Of a stretch of 64,000 nt of DNA, positions 30,252 to 39,930 are shown one piece after another (position 1 is the first letter of the stretch; each line of letters starts with the position of its first letter). A model generated the notes under the pieces. That model was not told the origin of the DNA. It saw only the letters and a program-made list of their open reading frames with translations, and did no database searches. The stretch lies in contig JBEKDT010000006.1 in assembly GCA_050014195.1 (NCBI GenBank), forward strand, positions 128,001-192,000. The letters run 5' to 3'. Source of the DNA: Desulfomonilia bacterium (GTDB lineage Bacteria; Desulfobacterota; Desulfomonilia; UBA1062). A program made the position numbers and the translations under genes.

Positions 30252-31130
30252 CTAGCTCTTTCCAAGGCGTTGGATCATGAGCCCGGTGATGATGAATACG
30301 AGCCCTGCAAAGGTGGATGGGAAGATCTCCTCACCCACGATGAAGTGGATGAACAAGAGCGACAGGAATGGGGAAAGGAAGATGAGGTTGCCCACTTTGG
30401 CAGTATTCTCGGAGAGCCTTAATGCCGTGAGCCAGAATACAAAAGTGATTCCCATCTCAAAGGTGCCGACATACGCTGCCCCCCAAAGCCCTCTGAAATC
30501 AGGAACGTTAAATCCTGTAGTCACAAGGGCTGTAATAAAGATGAAGGGGAGGCCAAAGAGAAAGGCAAGCAGCAGACTCGCTACCGGGTCCCGTTTGTCC
30601 TGGGTGTTGTAGATCCAGGAGAGTGACCACACAAGCGTACTGGAAAGGGCCAGTGCGACACCCAGGGTATTGAACGAACTGAAGCTTACGAGGGAGCCTT
30701 TACTCGATATCACCACAACACCACAGTAACAGATAACACCTGCAACGATGTCTCTCATGCCGATTTTCTGTTTCAGAAGTGGTATAGATAGGAATGTCAG
30801 CGTAAGCGCCCAGGTGTAATTGAGCGGCTGGGCCACCTGTGCGGGCAGGAGGTCATAGGCCTTGAAGAGGATGAGGTAATAGAGAAAGGGATTAAGAAAC
30901 CCAAGCTTCAGAGAGCTTAAATACTGACCACGTGAGTAAGACAGTATAATGCTCAGGTTTCCCTGAACCAGCAGGATAAGGCTTAAGGTCAAGATAGACA
31001 CGACAGAGGCATAGAAGAGGAGTTGTATGGGCTTGAGGAACTGAAGAGAGATCTTAAAGGCAGAGGCTACGGTAGACCACAGCAGCACTGTCAACAGGCC
31101 ATAGAGGTATGCCTTCTGCTGATTTTTCAT
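30252..31130 (-). CDS. EamA/DMT family transporter
   Basis: 292 aa, about 10 TMs in two repeats, LWST...K, LSPFLS...GE. Confidence 0.9.
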   Translation of the reverse strand: MKNQQKAYLYGLLTVLLWSTVASAFKISLQFLKPIQLLFYASVVSILTLSLILLVQGNLSIILSYSRGQYLSSLKLGFLNPFLYYLILFKAYDLLPAQVAQPLNYTWALTLTFLSIPLLKQKIGMRDIVAGVICYCGVVVISSKGSLVSFSSFNTLGVALALSSTLVWSLSWIYNTQDKRDPVASLLLAFLFGLPFIFITALVTTGFNVPDFRGLWGAAYVGTFEMGITFVFWLTALRLSENTAKVGNLIFLSPFLSLLFIHFIVGEEIFPSTFAGLVFIITGLMIQRLGKS

Positions 31131-31223
31131 AAGACAAGGATTAGGTGTTAACTTATATGGAGAAAGTATTTACCCCAGGGCCGTACGCCAGGAACCTAGG
31201 TCTTTAAACTCAAGACCTAAAAC

Positions 31224-31919
31224 TTATTGCCCCTTTCCTACAAGCTTGATGAAGCTTTCTCTGAACCTGAGCACATCGGGTGATGCCATTTCCACCTTAC
31301 CCCAGAGGACATCATGGGCGCTCAACCCTCTTTTTCCGTAGAGGGTTGCGGTTGCAGTATCGTCCATGCGCATGGTGGCTCCCTGGAGCGCGAACCCAAC
31401 ATTCAAACCTGCCGAGCGGGAGAAAGAATATATCTCGGCCCTCAGATCGGCCTCGGTATTTTCATCCATGTGGAGAGCCATGGTCCCGGCTACGATGGAC
31501 ACGTCGGTTCCCAGGAGGATATCCTCTTTAGCCTTTGTTTCGAGGGCTCGGCTTCTCCTGAAGACCAACACAAGATCGGTGGATTGCATGCCCATCTGCA
31601 GGCCGAAGCTGCCGCCGTTGATGGTGATGAGAACAGGGTTGCTCCAATGCCCGTCTTTGTCTCTTACTATGAGTACGCCCTTGCCCAATCTCGCACCCAC
31701 AAAAAAACTGGCCTTTATCATATTGGGTATAATGGCTATGCCTTCAGCCTTCTGGAGGAGTACCGGCGGTATGGCACTTTGGGGAGATGACATGATCTTT
31801 GAGAATGTCTGCAGCGAATCCTGCAGGCGAGCCGTCATAGTGGGATCGGTGACGGCCGGGCTATATGAAGGAAAGAGAATGGCCAGCAGCACAAGCATCA
31901 GCAACCTTGATCGTTTCAT
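31224..31919 (-). CDS. Secreted Ysc84/SYLF lipid-binding domain protein
   Basis: Signal peptide; GIAIIP, GKGVL, WSNP, GGSFGLQMG, YSFSRSAG. Confidence 0.88.
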   Translation of the reverse strand: MKRSRLLMLVLLAILFPSYSPAVTDPTMTARLQDSLQTFSKIMSSPQSAIPPVLLQKAEGIAIIPNMIKASFFVGARLGKGVLIVRDKDGHWSNPVLITINGGSFGLQMGMQSTDLVLVFRRSRALETKAKEDILLGTDVSIVAGTMALHMDENTEADLRAEIYSFSRSAGLNVGFALQGATMRMDDTATATLYGKRGLSAHDVLWGKVEMASPDVLRFRESFIKLVGKGQ

Positions 31920-31982
31920 GTGTTCTCTCTCCTTGCCATGCAGTCCGTCATGAACAGGCAAAGTCTACTAAAAAGATCATCA

Positions 31983-33041
31983 TCAGTCCATTCCATTAAT
32001 ATTTTCCTCGTGTGTCGGCACATCGGAATCCAGGAGGATGGCGATCCAGCGGGTAGATGGGAAGCTCTCGCAGGTGATCTTGAGAATCATGGTCAGCGGC
32101 ACGCACAGCAGCATTCCCACAGGCCCGAGCACCCACCCCCAGAATATCAGGGAAAGGAAAACCACCAGAATCGAGAGCGATAACCCCCTGCCCATGAAGA
32201 TAGGTTCAAGGATGTCACCCATTACCGTCTTGATGACAACATATCCCAGGGTCACCAGGCTTGCCGATACCAGACCGGAATCCACCAAAGAGAGCAGGAT
32301 AGGGGGTATGGCAGCTATGAAAGGGCCGATATTGGGGATGTAGTTCAAAAGAAATGCCACCACACCCCACAGAATAGGATATTTGACCCCGAGTATCATG
32401 AGCCAGAGCGTCACTACTATGCCGGTGGACAGGCTGATCCATGTCTTAAGAGCAAGGTATTTCTCAATGCTCCGCACGATTCTGTCAATGGTCTCCAGGC
32501 TCGTTCGCGATGTGCCGCAAGCCGCCAATTTTTTCGAGAAGCTCGACGCCTCGACCAGGATGAACACCACGGTGAAGAAGATCAGGAAAGCATAGGTGAG
32601 TGCACTTCCGAGGCCGCTGAGGAAGTTTGCGATGATATTCATGATAGAGCCGGGATCGAAGTACCTCAGGATCATTCTCTCGGAGATATAGATATTGAAA
32701 CCCCTAAGCCATTTAATAACCATTACCATGAGATCATGAATGCGTTTCTGATAGAAGGGTAATTGCTGGATAAAATCGCTGACTGAGGCCCCGATGTAAG
32801 CCCCCATACCGAAAATAGCCCCAAAGATAATGAGGATAATAATGGAGATCGCAAGAAATGCAGGTATGCCCTTTCTTCTCATCCAGGAGAACAACCCGCC
32901 GCACATTATTGCAATGAAGAAAGAGAGCAGGAAGGGCACTATGATGGATGACGCCTCTCGCAAGCCTGCAATAACGATCACGATGCATGCAAGGATGATA
33001 ACGATACTGCCTTCGCCGGTCTCTTTCAGATCCACACCCAT
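31983..33041 (-). CDS. AI-2E family transporter
   Basis: FLLNYIPNIGP, LEPIFMGRGLSLS, FWGWVLGPVGMLLCVP. Confidence 0.92.
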   Translation of the reverse strand: MGVDLKETGEGSIVIILACIVIVIAGLREASSIIVPFLLSFFIAIMCGGLFSWMRRKGIPAFLAISIIILIIFGAIFGMGAYIGASVSDFIQQLPFYQKRIHDLMVMVIKWLRGFNIYISERMILRYFDPGSIMNIIANFLSGLGSALTYAFLIFFTVVFILVEASSFSKKLAACGTSRTSLETIDRIVRSIEKYLALKTWISLSTGIVVTLWLMILGVKYPILWGVVAFLLNYIPNIGPFIAAIPPILLSLVDSGLVSASLVTLGYVVIKTVMGDILEPIFMGRGLSLSILVVFLSLIFWGWVLGPVGMLLCVPLTMILKITCESFPSTRWIAILLDSDVPTHEENINGMD

Positions 33042-33259
33042 CTCTACACCTCTTTCATCACATCGGCCTGCATGATTCGGGAATTATGCAGCCTTGAAAG
33101 CGAGACTCTATGAAATACGCTATCCTTCAAGAATAAAAACAATCTCTCCGTGCTCCAGGCAGGCTGATTATCCCTGATGGGACAGGGCATGTCAAGGAAT
33201 GGCACTTTAGGAGATGTGCAGGGAATAATATTGGGAAAATTTGTATCCATATTATTGTA

Positions 33260-34030
33260 TTATGGTATTACCGGGTTTTGTAAAGAGCAGGGCAGACCGC
33301 ATGAGCACTTGCCGCACACATCGCTGCGGCCTTCGAGATTAAGGTGTGACTCGTTTTCAAGAAGCCTCTCATAACATTTCCGCCTGTCGAAGGTATCCTT
33401 TTGCAGGGCGTCACAGGGACACCGCTCAAGGCATACGGCACATGAGCCATTCTGGAAATACAGGCAATGATTACCATTAATCCTTTTATCGGGTGTCAGT
33501 TCAAGATCGGTCACCAGGCTCCCGATCCTGCCGCAGCAGCCGTTTTCTGTAATCAGCAATCTATGAAGACCGAAGGTTCCTAACCCTGCAATATAGGCCG
33601 CATGGCGGTGAGACCAGGCGCTCATGAGACTTACGGGGTCGAAGTTGTGGGTGGGAGGTATGGTGCATGCCCGATATCCTTTTGATTCAAGTAAGGTGGT
33701 GAGCTCGGAATGAATGATCGCAATCAGCCCATTGGTCTGGCTATAGGCATAAGCCCACTGCCTGCTTGGAGACTCGCCATGGACATTGCTCGAAACTATT
33801 GCCTCGGTATAGGGCAGAAAGTAGACAATCACGGACTTTGCCCCTTTGAGCAGATCCTTAGGCAGCAGGTGTCCGGGGTGTACAACCTGTTTCAGATGCT
33901 TAAAAAGAGGGTCTTCGGCGTTCGCAAAGCCGATGAGGGGGTCCTTCCATGCCGATTGAACGGGTCCGGATGGAATATACCCGGCAACGGTCTGCTTAAG
34001 TTGCTGCCCGATGAGATCCTTCATGTCCAT
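33260..34030 (-). CDS. QueG-like / cobalamin-ferredoxin family Fe-S protein
   Basis: WSHRHAAYIAGLGTFG, CAVCLERCP and CGKC..GLPC Cys motifs. Confidence 0.75.
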   Translation of the reverse strand: MDMKDLIGQQLKQTVAGYIPSGPVQSAWKDPLIGFANAEDPLFKHLKQVVHPGHLLPKDLLKGAKSVIVYFLPYTEAIVSSNVHGESPSRQWAYAYSQTNGLIAIIHSELTTLLESKGYRACTIPPTHNFDPVSLMSAWSHRHAAYIAGLGTFGLHRLLITENGCCGRIGSLVTDLELTPDKRINGNHCLYFQNGSCAVCLERCPCDALQKDTFDRRKCYERLLENESHLNLEGRSDVCGKCSCGLPCSLQNPVIP

Positions 34031-34074
34031 TGATCAAGAAATATGCACTCCCCCAAGAATCGAATGCTTTAGGA

Positions 34075-35397
34075 TCAGGGCCGTATCTTCCTGCACTCTA
34101 CATAATAACGCTTTTCCTCGGCATGACCCATGGAAAATGCCTTTCTGGGCAAGGCCCCTTCCATGATGATGGTTTTGAAGAGGTTGTGCTTGGAGAGCAC
34201 GGGCAGGAGGAAGCCGAAAACCGAAGGCTTTCCTGCGAGGTCTTCAACCACCTTATCGCCGTGAATATAGTCAATCTCAGTGTCCGGATGTCCTTTGCAG
34301 AAGGTGTCGAGGAAGGACTGGAGGCTACCCACCTCAAGGTTCCAACGGGGGTTTGATATCCGGATATACCCATGAGACTCCTGCGTTACGAACTCGATGG
34401 TATGGGTGTTCTTATCGTGCACGGGCTGCGGTTCGCCCTCGGTAATGATGGATACCGCCGAGCCCTTGGGCTCGAAGAACTCGGTCATGGCCTTGAAGAC
34501 GTCGTGGTCCTTCACGTTGAAGAGCACCCGATGGATGGGCTCGAAATCGAGGCCCTTGTCGTGGACATTGACCAACTCCACCAGCGCATAACGGGCAGGG
34601 TGGCGCATGATGGTGTCCTTGTCGCGTGAGAGTTCCTTGAGCTGCTCCCAGAAGAGTTTTGCCGAGGCAAGGGAATGGTTCCCGTCTCCCACGGCATAGA
34701 GGAGCACATCGGAGTCTCTGACTCCGTAACGATCGTTGAACCGTGCGGGGTCGGCAAGCCGCATGAGGCTTCCGGCGATTTCCCCGATCGCTTGCTCATC
34801 GTCCACATGGTAGCCCCTGATGTGACCTCCGTTCATCATGAGGTCGGAATCATAGAGCTTGTTAAACCTTTTACCGAACAGGGGCTCGATAACGGTCATT
34901 TCCGGGTCGTCGATGAGAATCATTATGTGCGGTAGCTCTATTGAGGCCTTGGCCCTGATTTTCACGCGCACGGGGAGCCGCTCGATGACGGTCCCTTCCG
35001 TAGCCCGAATCAGGCAAGTACTGCCCTCCCTGAAGTCGTAGCGTTCGAGGTCCAGGCATACAAGCAGACCCCGCCTTATGGTCCCCCGGGAGGTGACACG
35101 CTCAACCAGGACAAAGCCTTCTTTCTGAGGCTCGATGATCCCTTCTGCAAGGTAGTGCTCCATGGCATTGCTGATCTTTTCGAGCTGTTCGTCGTTGTTT
35201 GTAGAGTTCAGATATGCCTCTGGATAGATAAGACGGAGTGTGGATGGCGAAGAACCCACGAATTCATCCACCTGCTTCCAGTAGTCGGGCTGGGAAGTAA
35301 ATTGGTCGCAGGCAACGACCGACCAGCGCAGAAGGTCGGTTCCCTGTCTCGGCAGGAGAATCCGAGGGATATGCAAGGCTGCCTTTTCAAGGCTCAT
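34075..35397 (-). CDS. DUF1015-family protein
   Basis: WSVVACDQFTSQP, RATEGT, AVGDGNHSLA, LPRKAFSMG; start uncertain (up to 35496). Confidence 0.85.
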   Translation of the reverse strand: MSLEKAALHIPRILLPRQGTDLLRWSVVACDQFTSQPDYWKQVDEFVGSSPSTLRLIYPEAYLNSTNNDEQLEKISNAMEHYLAEGIIEPQKEGFVLVERVTSRGTIRRGLLVCLDLERYDFREGSTCLIRATEGTVIERLPVRVKIRAKASIELPHIMILIDDPEMTVIEPLFGKRFNKLYDSDLMMNGGHIRGYHVDDEQAIGEIAGSLMRLADPARFNDRYGVRDSDVLLYAVGDGNHSLASAKLFWEQLKELSRDKDTIMRHPARYALVELVNVHDKGLDFEPIHRVLFNVKDHDVFKAMTEFFEPKGSAVSIITEGEPQPVHDKNTHTIEFVTQESHGYIRISNPRWNLEVGSLQSFLDTFCKGHPDTEIDYIHGDKVVEDLAGKPSVFGFLLPVLSKHNLFKTIIMEGALPRKAFSMGHAEEKRYYVECRKIRP

Positions 35398-35514
35398 AGA
35401 AAATTTCTCCTCTTGGTGAGTGGAATCGTGGTGATGTTGACGTATCCAGATCTTCATACCAGATCCATCACCTTGCTTGTCAACAGCATTGAGCATGAAG
35501 GTTGCTTTTCATTA

Positions 35515-38082
35515 TCATGGTGTAAGGACCAGCACCTCACGGTACTGGTCCTTTACAGCAGCTTCCTTGAAGGGGAATGGGATGTAGCTTCCTTTGAGCC
35601 AGGCTTTAATTCCGTCATCATAATGAGGGCTCGAAGGGTTGTCGGACTGGCCGGAGCTGTTTACCCCGAGCATGGGCTCTTCCAGGCTGAAATCCACAAT
35701 GATGCGCATGGCAGGGATGATAAAGGTATCAAAATCCCTTCCCATGAGATAATTTGATACGTTCAGGGTGAAGTCATCACCCGGGGCAGGATATGGTCCC
35801 CGGTTGAAGTATGACCAGAGGAGGCCCATGCCAGTCCTCTCGATAAAGCCCATGCTCGGGCTCATTTTTGCCGCCTCAGTCTCCCATTCATAGGTATGGA
35901 GCGATCCCCACTGCCATTGCTTGGGGTCACTGCCCGACTTTGTCTGTAAGAATGTGACGGCATCAGCCAGGGATTTGGCGAGAATCTGTGCCTTTGTCTC
36001 TCTTTCCGGTGTCTTTACATCATCCCAGAAAGGGCTCTCATCTCCGCGAATCAGGATATGGTCGCAGGTGGCATTGTAACTCAGGTTATTGATGACCATG
36101 AAGGCTTTCCACGTCTTTGAACCTTCTGGGCCCAGCTCGTCGAGAAAGATATTTTTTGTTGCGCAGTGGAGCAGGGCACCCACAAGGGCTGCACCGTTGG
36201 ATCCGGCCCGCATGTCCCCATCAAACCCCTGAAGCATCTCAAGGGCGAGATGGGCCTTCTTTCTCCTCCCTTCATCAGCCCACCCGTTGATCTCTCGATT
36301 GATCTCTTGGGCAAGGCTCCCTTTCAGGAGAACATTCTTGAGTTTTGGTACAAAGGGTGAATAGGTGTCGAGCTGCATTGCCATGCATGTCTCGGTGGTG
36401 TGCCTGTCCGTGGCAGTAGCCATCTGGGCGATGCGCTCGGCACGCTCGGGCCAGTACCATGAAGATGAGAGAACATAAGGATAATCTTTTGCTATGGTGC
36501 GGTTGTTGGCCGTGCCTATGAACCCTTCAGGTGGATTCTTGGCATTCGGCAGTACCGAGGGGTCCAGGAGCCCTGTCCAGTCGTACTCGCCGGTCCAGCC
36601 AGGCGACGGCATGAGTCCTCGTCCCTTGGCGCGCACCGGATAGTTCCCGGTCACCTGCCATGCGATATTGTCCTTGTCGGCAAAGACCATGTTCAGTGCA
36701 ATGGCCCTGATCCGTTTCATGAACGGCATTGCTTCGTCCACGGATTTGGCAAAGCTCAGGCTGAAGAATGCATTTATGCTTTCGTCATCTTCCGTTGCGG
36801 ATGCCCAGCTCAAGGCGATGCCATAGGGGAGATCCACGGAGGCCGGCTGGAACATCAGGGCAGGCTCCTTCTTAAGGGCATTGTTGAGAAGCATACCGTG
36901 CCTGGTTTCATGAACCGTTATGGAAACAGGGTCCTTGCCTTTGATCTTGATGGTTTCCTGGTGCTCGGTGGTAGGAAGCCAATGTTCTTTGTACAGGTAA
37001 TGGAGCTTGCCGTCTATGGTCTTAAGGCGCTCCAGGAAAATATCCTGGTTATCCGCCATGACCATGGTCATCCCCCAGGCGATATGGCCGTTGTACCCTG
37101 CAACCACGTAAGGGAGGCCGGCAATATTTACGCCGGCCACATCATATTGGCCGCACCTTACGTGCATCATGTTCCAGAGCGACGGAATGCTCAGCAGGAG
37201 ATGGGTGTCATTGCATAGTATGCTTGCACCGCCCTTTGTCCTGTTTTTGGCAATGCCCCAGTTATTGGATGCGGCAAATCCGGAGAGCCCGATGGAGCTC
37301 AGGAGGGGTTGAATGTCTGCAAGCTGTGATGAGGCAAGCGCAGCCTTGTTCAGGTCAACACCTTTCAGCTTGTCAGCCTCATGGAAGGGTATGGGCTCAT
37401 CCGGGTAGATGGGCATGAGCCATGCGGTTTTTTCAGCACCGATGGCCTGGGCAATGTTCAGCGCGGAGATCTCCTCATAGAGGTTAAACGACAATGCAAG
37501 ATTCACCAGGGCAAAGATCATGATGGAATCGATTGGCTTCCACTGCTCCGGACTGTATCCTGACAGCGAAAGTCCGGGAGGCAGCTTGTTTTTATGCGTG
37601 TCCTGGTAAGCGTTCACACCTCTGCAGTATTGTTCCATCAATGCCAGATTCTCAGCACTCATGTTTTTGAGCAGGTTGTTTGCAGTACGTCTGAGGTTCA
37701 TGGTGCGCATGTATATGTCCAGATCGAGCGCAGACTTCCCAACCATCTCGGCAAGCCTGCCTTGTGATGCAAGCTTGAGCCCCACCATCTGGGTAAGCCG
37801 GTCCGAGGCATGCACATAGCCGACGGCAAAAGCCATATCAGCGAAGGATTTCGCCTCAATGAATGGGATTCCAAAGGCGTCTCTCCTTACGGTTACCGGT
37901 TCTTTAAGCCCGGGCAGGCGTATAGTCCCTTGAGCCGGATCAACCGTATCTTTGAAATGCCTGTTGACCATATTGGTACAGCCGCTGGTGAAAAGATGGA
38001 GGATTACAATAGTGCACACCGAATAATATATGAACCTGTGTCTGCCGTTAAGGAAACAGAGATTCATACGTGAGGCCTTCAT
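35515..38082 (-). CDS. Ntn-hydrolase, penicillin acylase family (QuiP-like), probable lipoprotein
   Basis: VRRDAFGIP, AASNNW beta-subunit start, NDTHL, GQSDNP; lipobox-like FTSGC. Confidence 0.88.
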   Translation of the reverse strand: MKASRMNLCFLNGRHRFIYYSVCTIVILHLFTSGCTNMVNRHFKDTVDPAQGTIRLPGLKEPVTVRRDAFGIPFIEAKSFADMAFAVGYVHASDRLTQMVGLKLASQGRLAEMVGKSALDLDIYMRTMNLRRTANNLLKNMSAENLALMEQYCRGVNAYQDTHKNKLPPGLSLSGYSPEQWKPIDSIMIFALVNLALSFNLYEEISALNIAQAIGAEKTAWLMPIYPDEPIPFHEADKLKGVDLNKAALASSQLADIQPLLSSIGLSGFAASNNWGIAKNRTKGGASILCNDTHLLLSIPSLWNMMHVRCGQYDVAGVNIAGLPYVVAGYNGHIAWGMTMVMADNQDIFLERLKTIDGKLHYLYKEHWLPTTEHQETIKIKGKDPVSITVHETRHGMLLNNALKKEPALMFQPASVDLPYGIALSWASATEDDESINAFFSLSFAKSVDEAMPFMKRIRAIALNMVFADKDNIAWQVTGNYPVRAKGRGLMPSPGWTGEYDWTGLLDPSVLPNAKNPPEGFIGTANNRTIAKDYPYVLSSSWYWPERAERIAQMATATDRHTTETCMAMQLDTYSPFVPKLKNVLLKGSLAQEINREINGWADEGRRKKAHLALEMLQGFDGDMRAGSNGAALVGALLHCATKNIFLDELGPEGSKTWKAFMVINNLSYNATCDHILIRGDESPFWDDVKTPERETKAQILAKSLADAVTFLQTKSGSDPKQWQWGSLHTYEWETEAAKMSPSMGFIERTGMGLLWSYFNRGPYPAPGDDFTLNVSNYLMGRDFDTFIIPAMRIIVDFSLEEPMLGVNSSGQSDNPSSPHYDDGIKAWLKGSYIPFPFKEAAVKDQYREVLVLTP

Positions 38083-38144
38083 AGATTCCTCCCCTCATTT
38101 TCGAGGATACAAGATGCATTTCGTCAAATAAGAATGATCTTGGT

Positions 38145-38927
38145 TTACCCGATGGTAATGTTTCCCTGCATATATTTGACTGCATGTCCGGAGATAATGA
38201 CCCTCTCCCCGGCATCTTTGCAGAAGAGCTCCCCGCCGCGCTCCGATACCTGGTAGGCGTGCAGGTTTTTCTTTTTTAGTATTCCTGACCAGTAAGGAAT
38301 AAGCGCACAGTGGGCGGATCCGGTTACCGGATCTTCGTCGATCCCAAGCCTTGGTGCGAAAAACCGCGAGACAAAATCCGAACAGATACCGGGTGCAGTA
38401 ACAATAACCCCCCTAAGGTCCACCTTTTTAAGCAGGTCCATATTGGGCCTTAATGTACGGACATCCTCCTCATGAGCATATACTACAAAGTAATCTGCGC
38501 TCTTGAGCACCGCTATAGGTTTAACCCCAAGACCATGAATGAGTTCAGCAGGCCAAGCGCATTCAACCGGCGGCTGGGAAGGAAAGTCCATAGAGAGCAT
38601 CTCTCCTGTACGCTCCACCCGTAATGGTCCGCTCTTTGACGTAAACACAACCTTTGAGCTCTTTGGGGCAAGCTCGGTAAAGATGACAAAGGCGCTTGCC
38701 AGCGTTGCATGGCCGCAGAGGTCCACCTCTTCCACAGGTGTGAACCATCGGATGGAAAAGTTCTCACCATCCCGGATGAAGAAGGCGGTCTCGGAGAGGT
38801 TATTCTCCCGGGCAATAAGCTGCATGGTTTTTTCGTCAAGCCACTGATCGAGAGGGCACACTGCAGCAGGGTTGCCGGAAAAGACATTCGCCGTGAAGGC
38901 ATCGACCTGGTAGATGGGAATATTCAT
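38145..38927 (-). CDS. PhzF family isomerase/epimerase
   Basis: VDAF...GNPAAV, NLSETAF, EVDLCGHATLA, EDPVTGSAH. Confidence 0.95.
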   Translation of the reverse strand: MNIPIYQVDAFTANVFSGNPAAVCPLDQWLDEKTMQLIARENNLSETAFFIRDGENFSIRWFTPVEEVDLCGHATLASAFVIFTELAPKSSKVVFTSKSGPLRVERTGEMLSMDFPSQPPVECAWPAELIHGLGVKPIAVLKSADYFVVYAHEEDVRTLRPNMDLLKKVDLRGVIVTAPGICSDFVSRFFAPRLGIDEDPVTGSAHCALIPYWSGILKKKNLHAYQVSERGGELFCKDAGERVIISGHAVKYMQGNITIG

Positions 38928-39302
38928 GGTCCCAAAGCCTCCTCATAACATGGATCGTGAGAACACCTAAAAAAGTTCATAAGGCCATATCTTGAAAGAG
39001 TGGCCGTACGTACGCCTGCCAAGCAATAAAATTGTACACCCTCGGGTATGGGCACTGCAATGGCAATCTAAAGACGGCTCTGGGGCTTTTGGTTATGCAC
39101 CAGGGTAAAAGGGTTTCATGACTTCATAGCCAAAAGGCTCATAGCCTCTTTTTTGTTTCATAAACGGAATTGGAATACATAAAAAGGATAAAAAAAGTTA
39201 CACTTTTAAGTACTTCCATAGACTGTATCATATAACACTATGATAATATTTAATAAAATAATGGCATGTCCTTTGCTGTATCTCTCATATCAGTATTCAG
39301 GC

Positions 39303-39623
39303 ATGAAAGAGGACATAAATCGGGCAAGAAAGGCGGCAAAAGAAGCTATGATTTTTGATCAAGGACATCTCAACAAGATTGAAGGCCAAAGACGCGAAAG
39401 TCCCGAAGTCGAGCGGCTCATTGCCCAGAGAAACAAGTTGCTCAGTGACCATCCCCATCTCAGAGAACTTCAAGAAGAAGTCGACGTCCTTCTGAGTACC
39501 ACGATTGACCCTGTTATGAGGCTTGAAATCCTCTTTATGCTCATGACGGACAGGCTCATGGAGTTGAGAGCGGTCTTTACCGAGCTCATGAAGCTTGCAC
39601 GCACTGCCGTGGCAGAGGAGTAG
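39303..39623 (+). CDS. Hypothetical helical protein
   Basis: 106-aa ORF filling the intergenic space; no family recognised; start uncertain. Confidence 0.6.
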   Translation: MKEDINRARKAAKEAMIFDQGHLNKIEGQRRESPEVERLIAQRNKLLSDHPHLRELQEEVDVLLSTTIDPVMRLEILFMLMTDRLMELRAVFTELMKLARTAVAEE

Positions 39624-39930
39624 CATCCCTTTTAGGACATTGCCCTGCATTTGCTTAGAAAGAGCTCTCAATGCAATATCAGCCTGTCTGGAGGGCGAAT
39701 CCTTTTGAAGCTTTTTCAATCAGACTCACTATTCAAGAGAACATATATCTTGATCCCTTAAGCGGCTTAAAAATAGAACAGGCACATGCGAAAAGCCTTG
39801 TTTGCCTTGGCCCCGATCTTACTACAGGTATATAACCCTATCTCAAACTAAGCCTTGGAAGATGGGCCCAAGTGCCCTAGATGTTGGTATATGAAGATGT
39901 ACTGAATGGCAATCATACATCGGCAACACA

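Noticed and set aside
31983-38927. AI-2E transporter, QuiP-like acylase and PhzF as one quorum-sensing locus
   Set aside because: AI-2E and PhzF are broad families, unrelated genes intervene, and no synthase or receptor is present.
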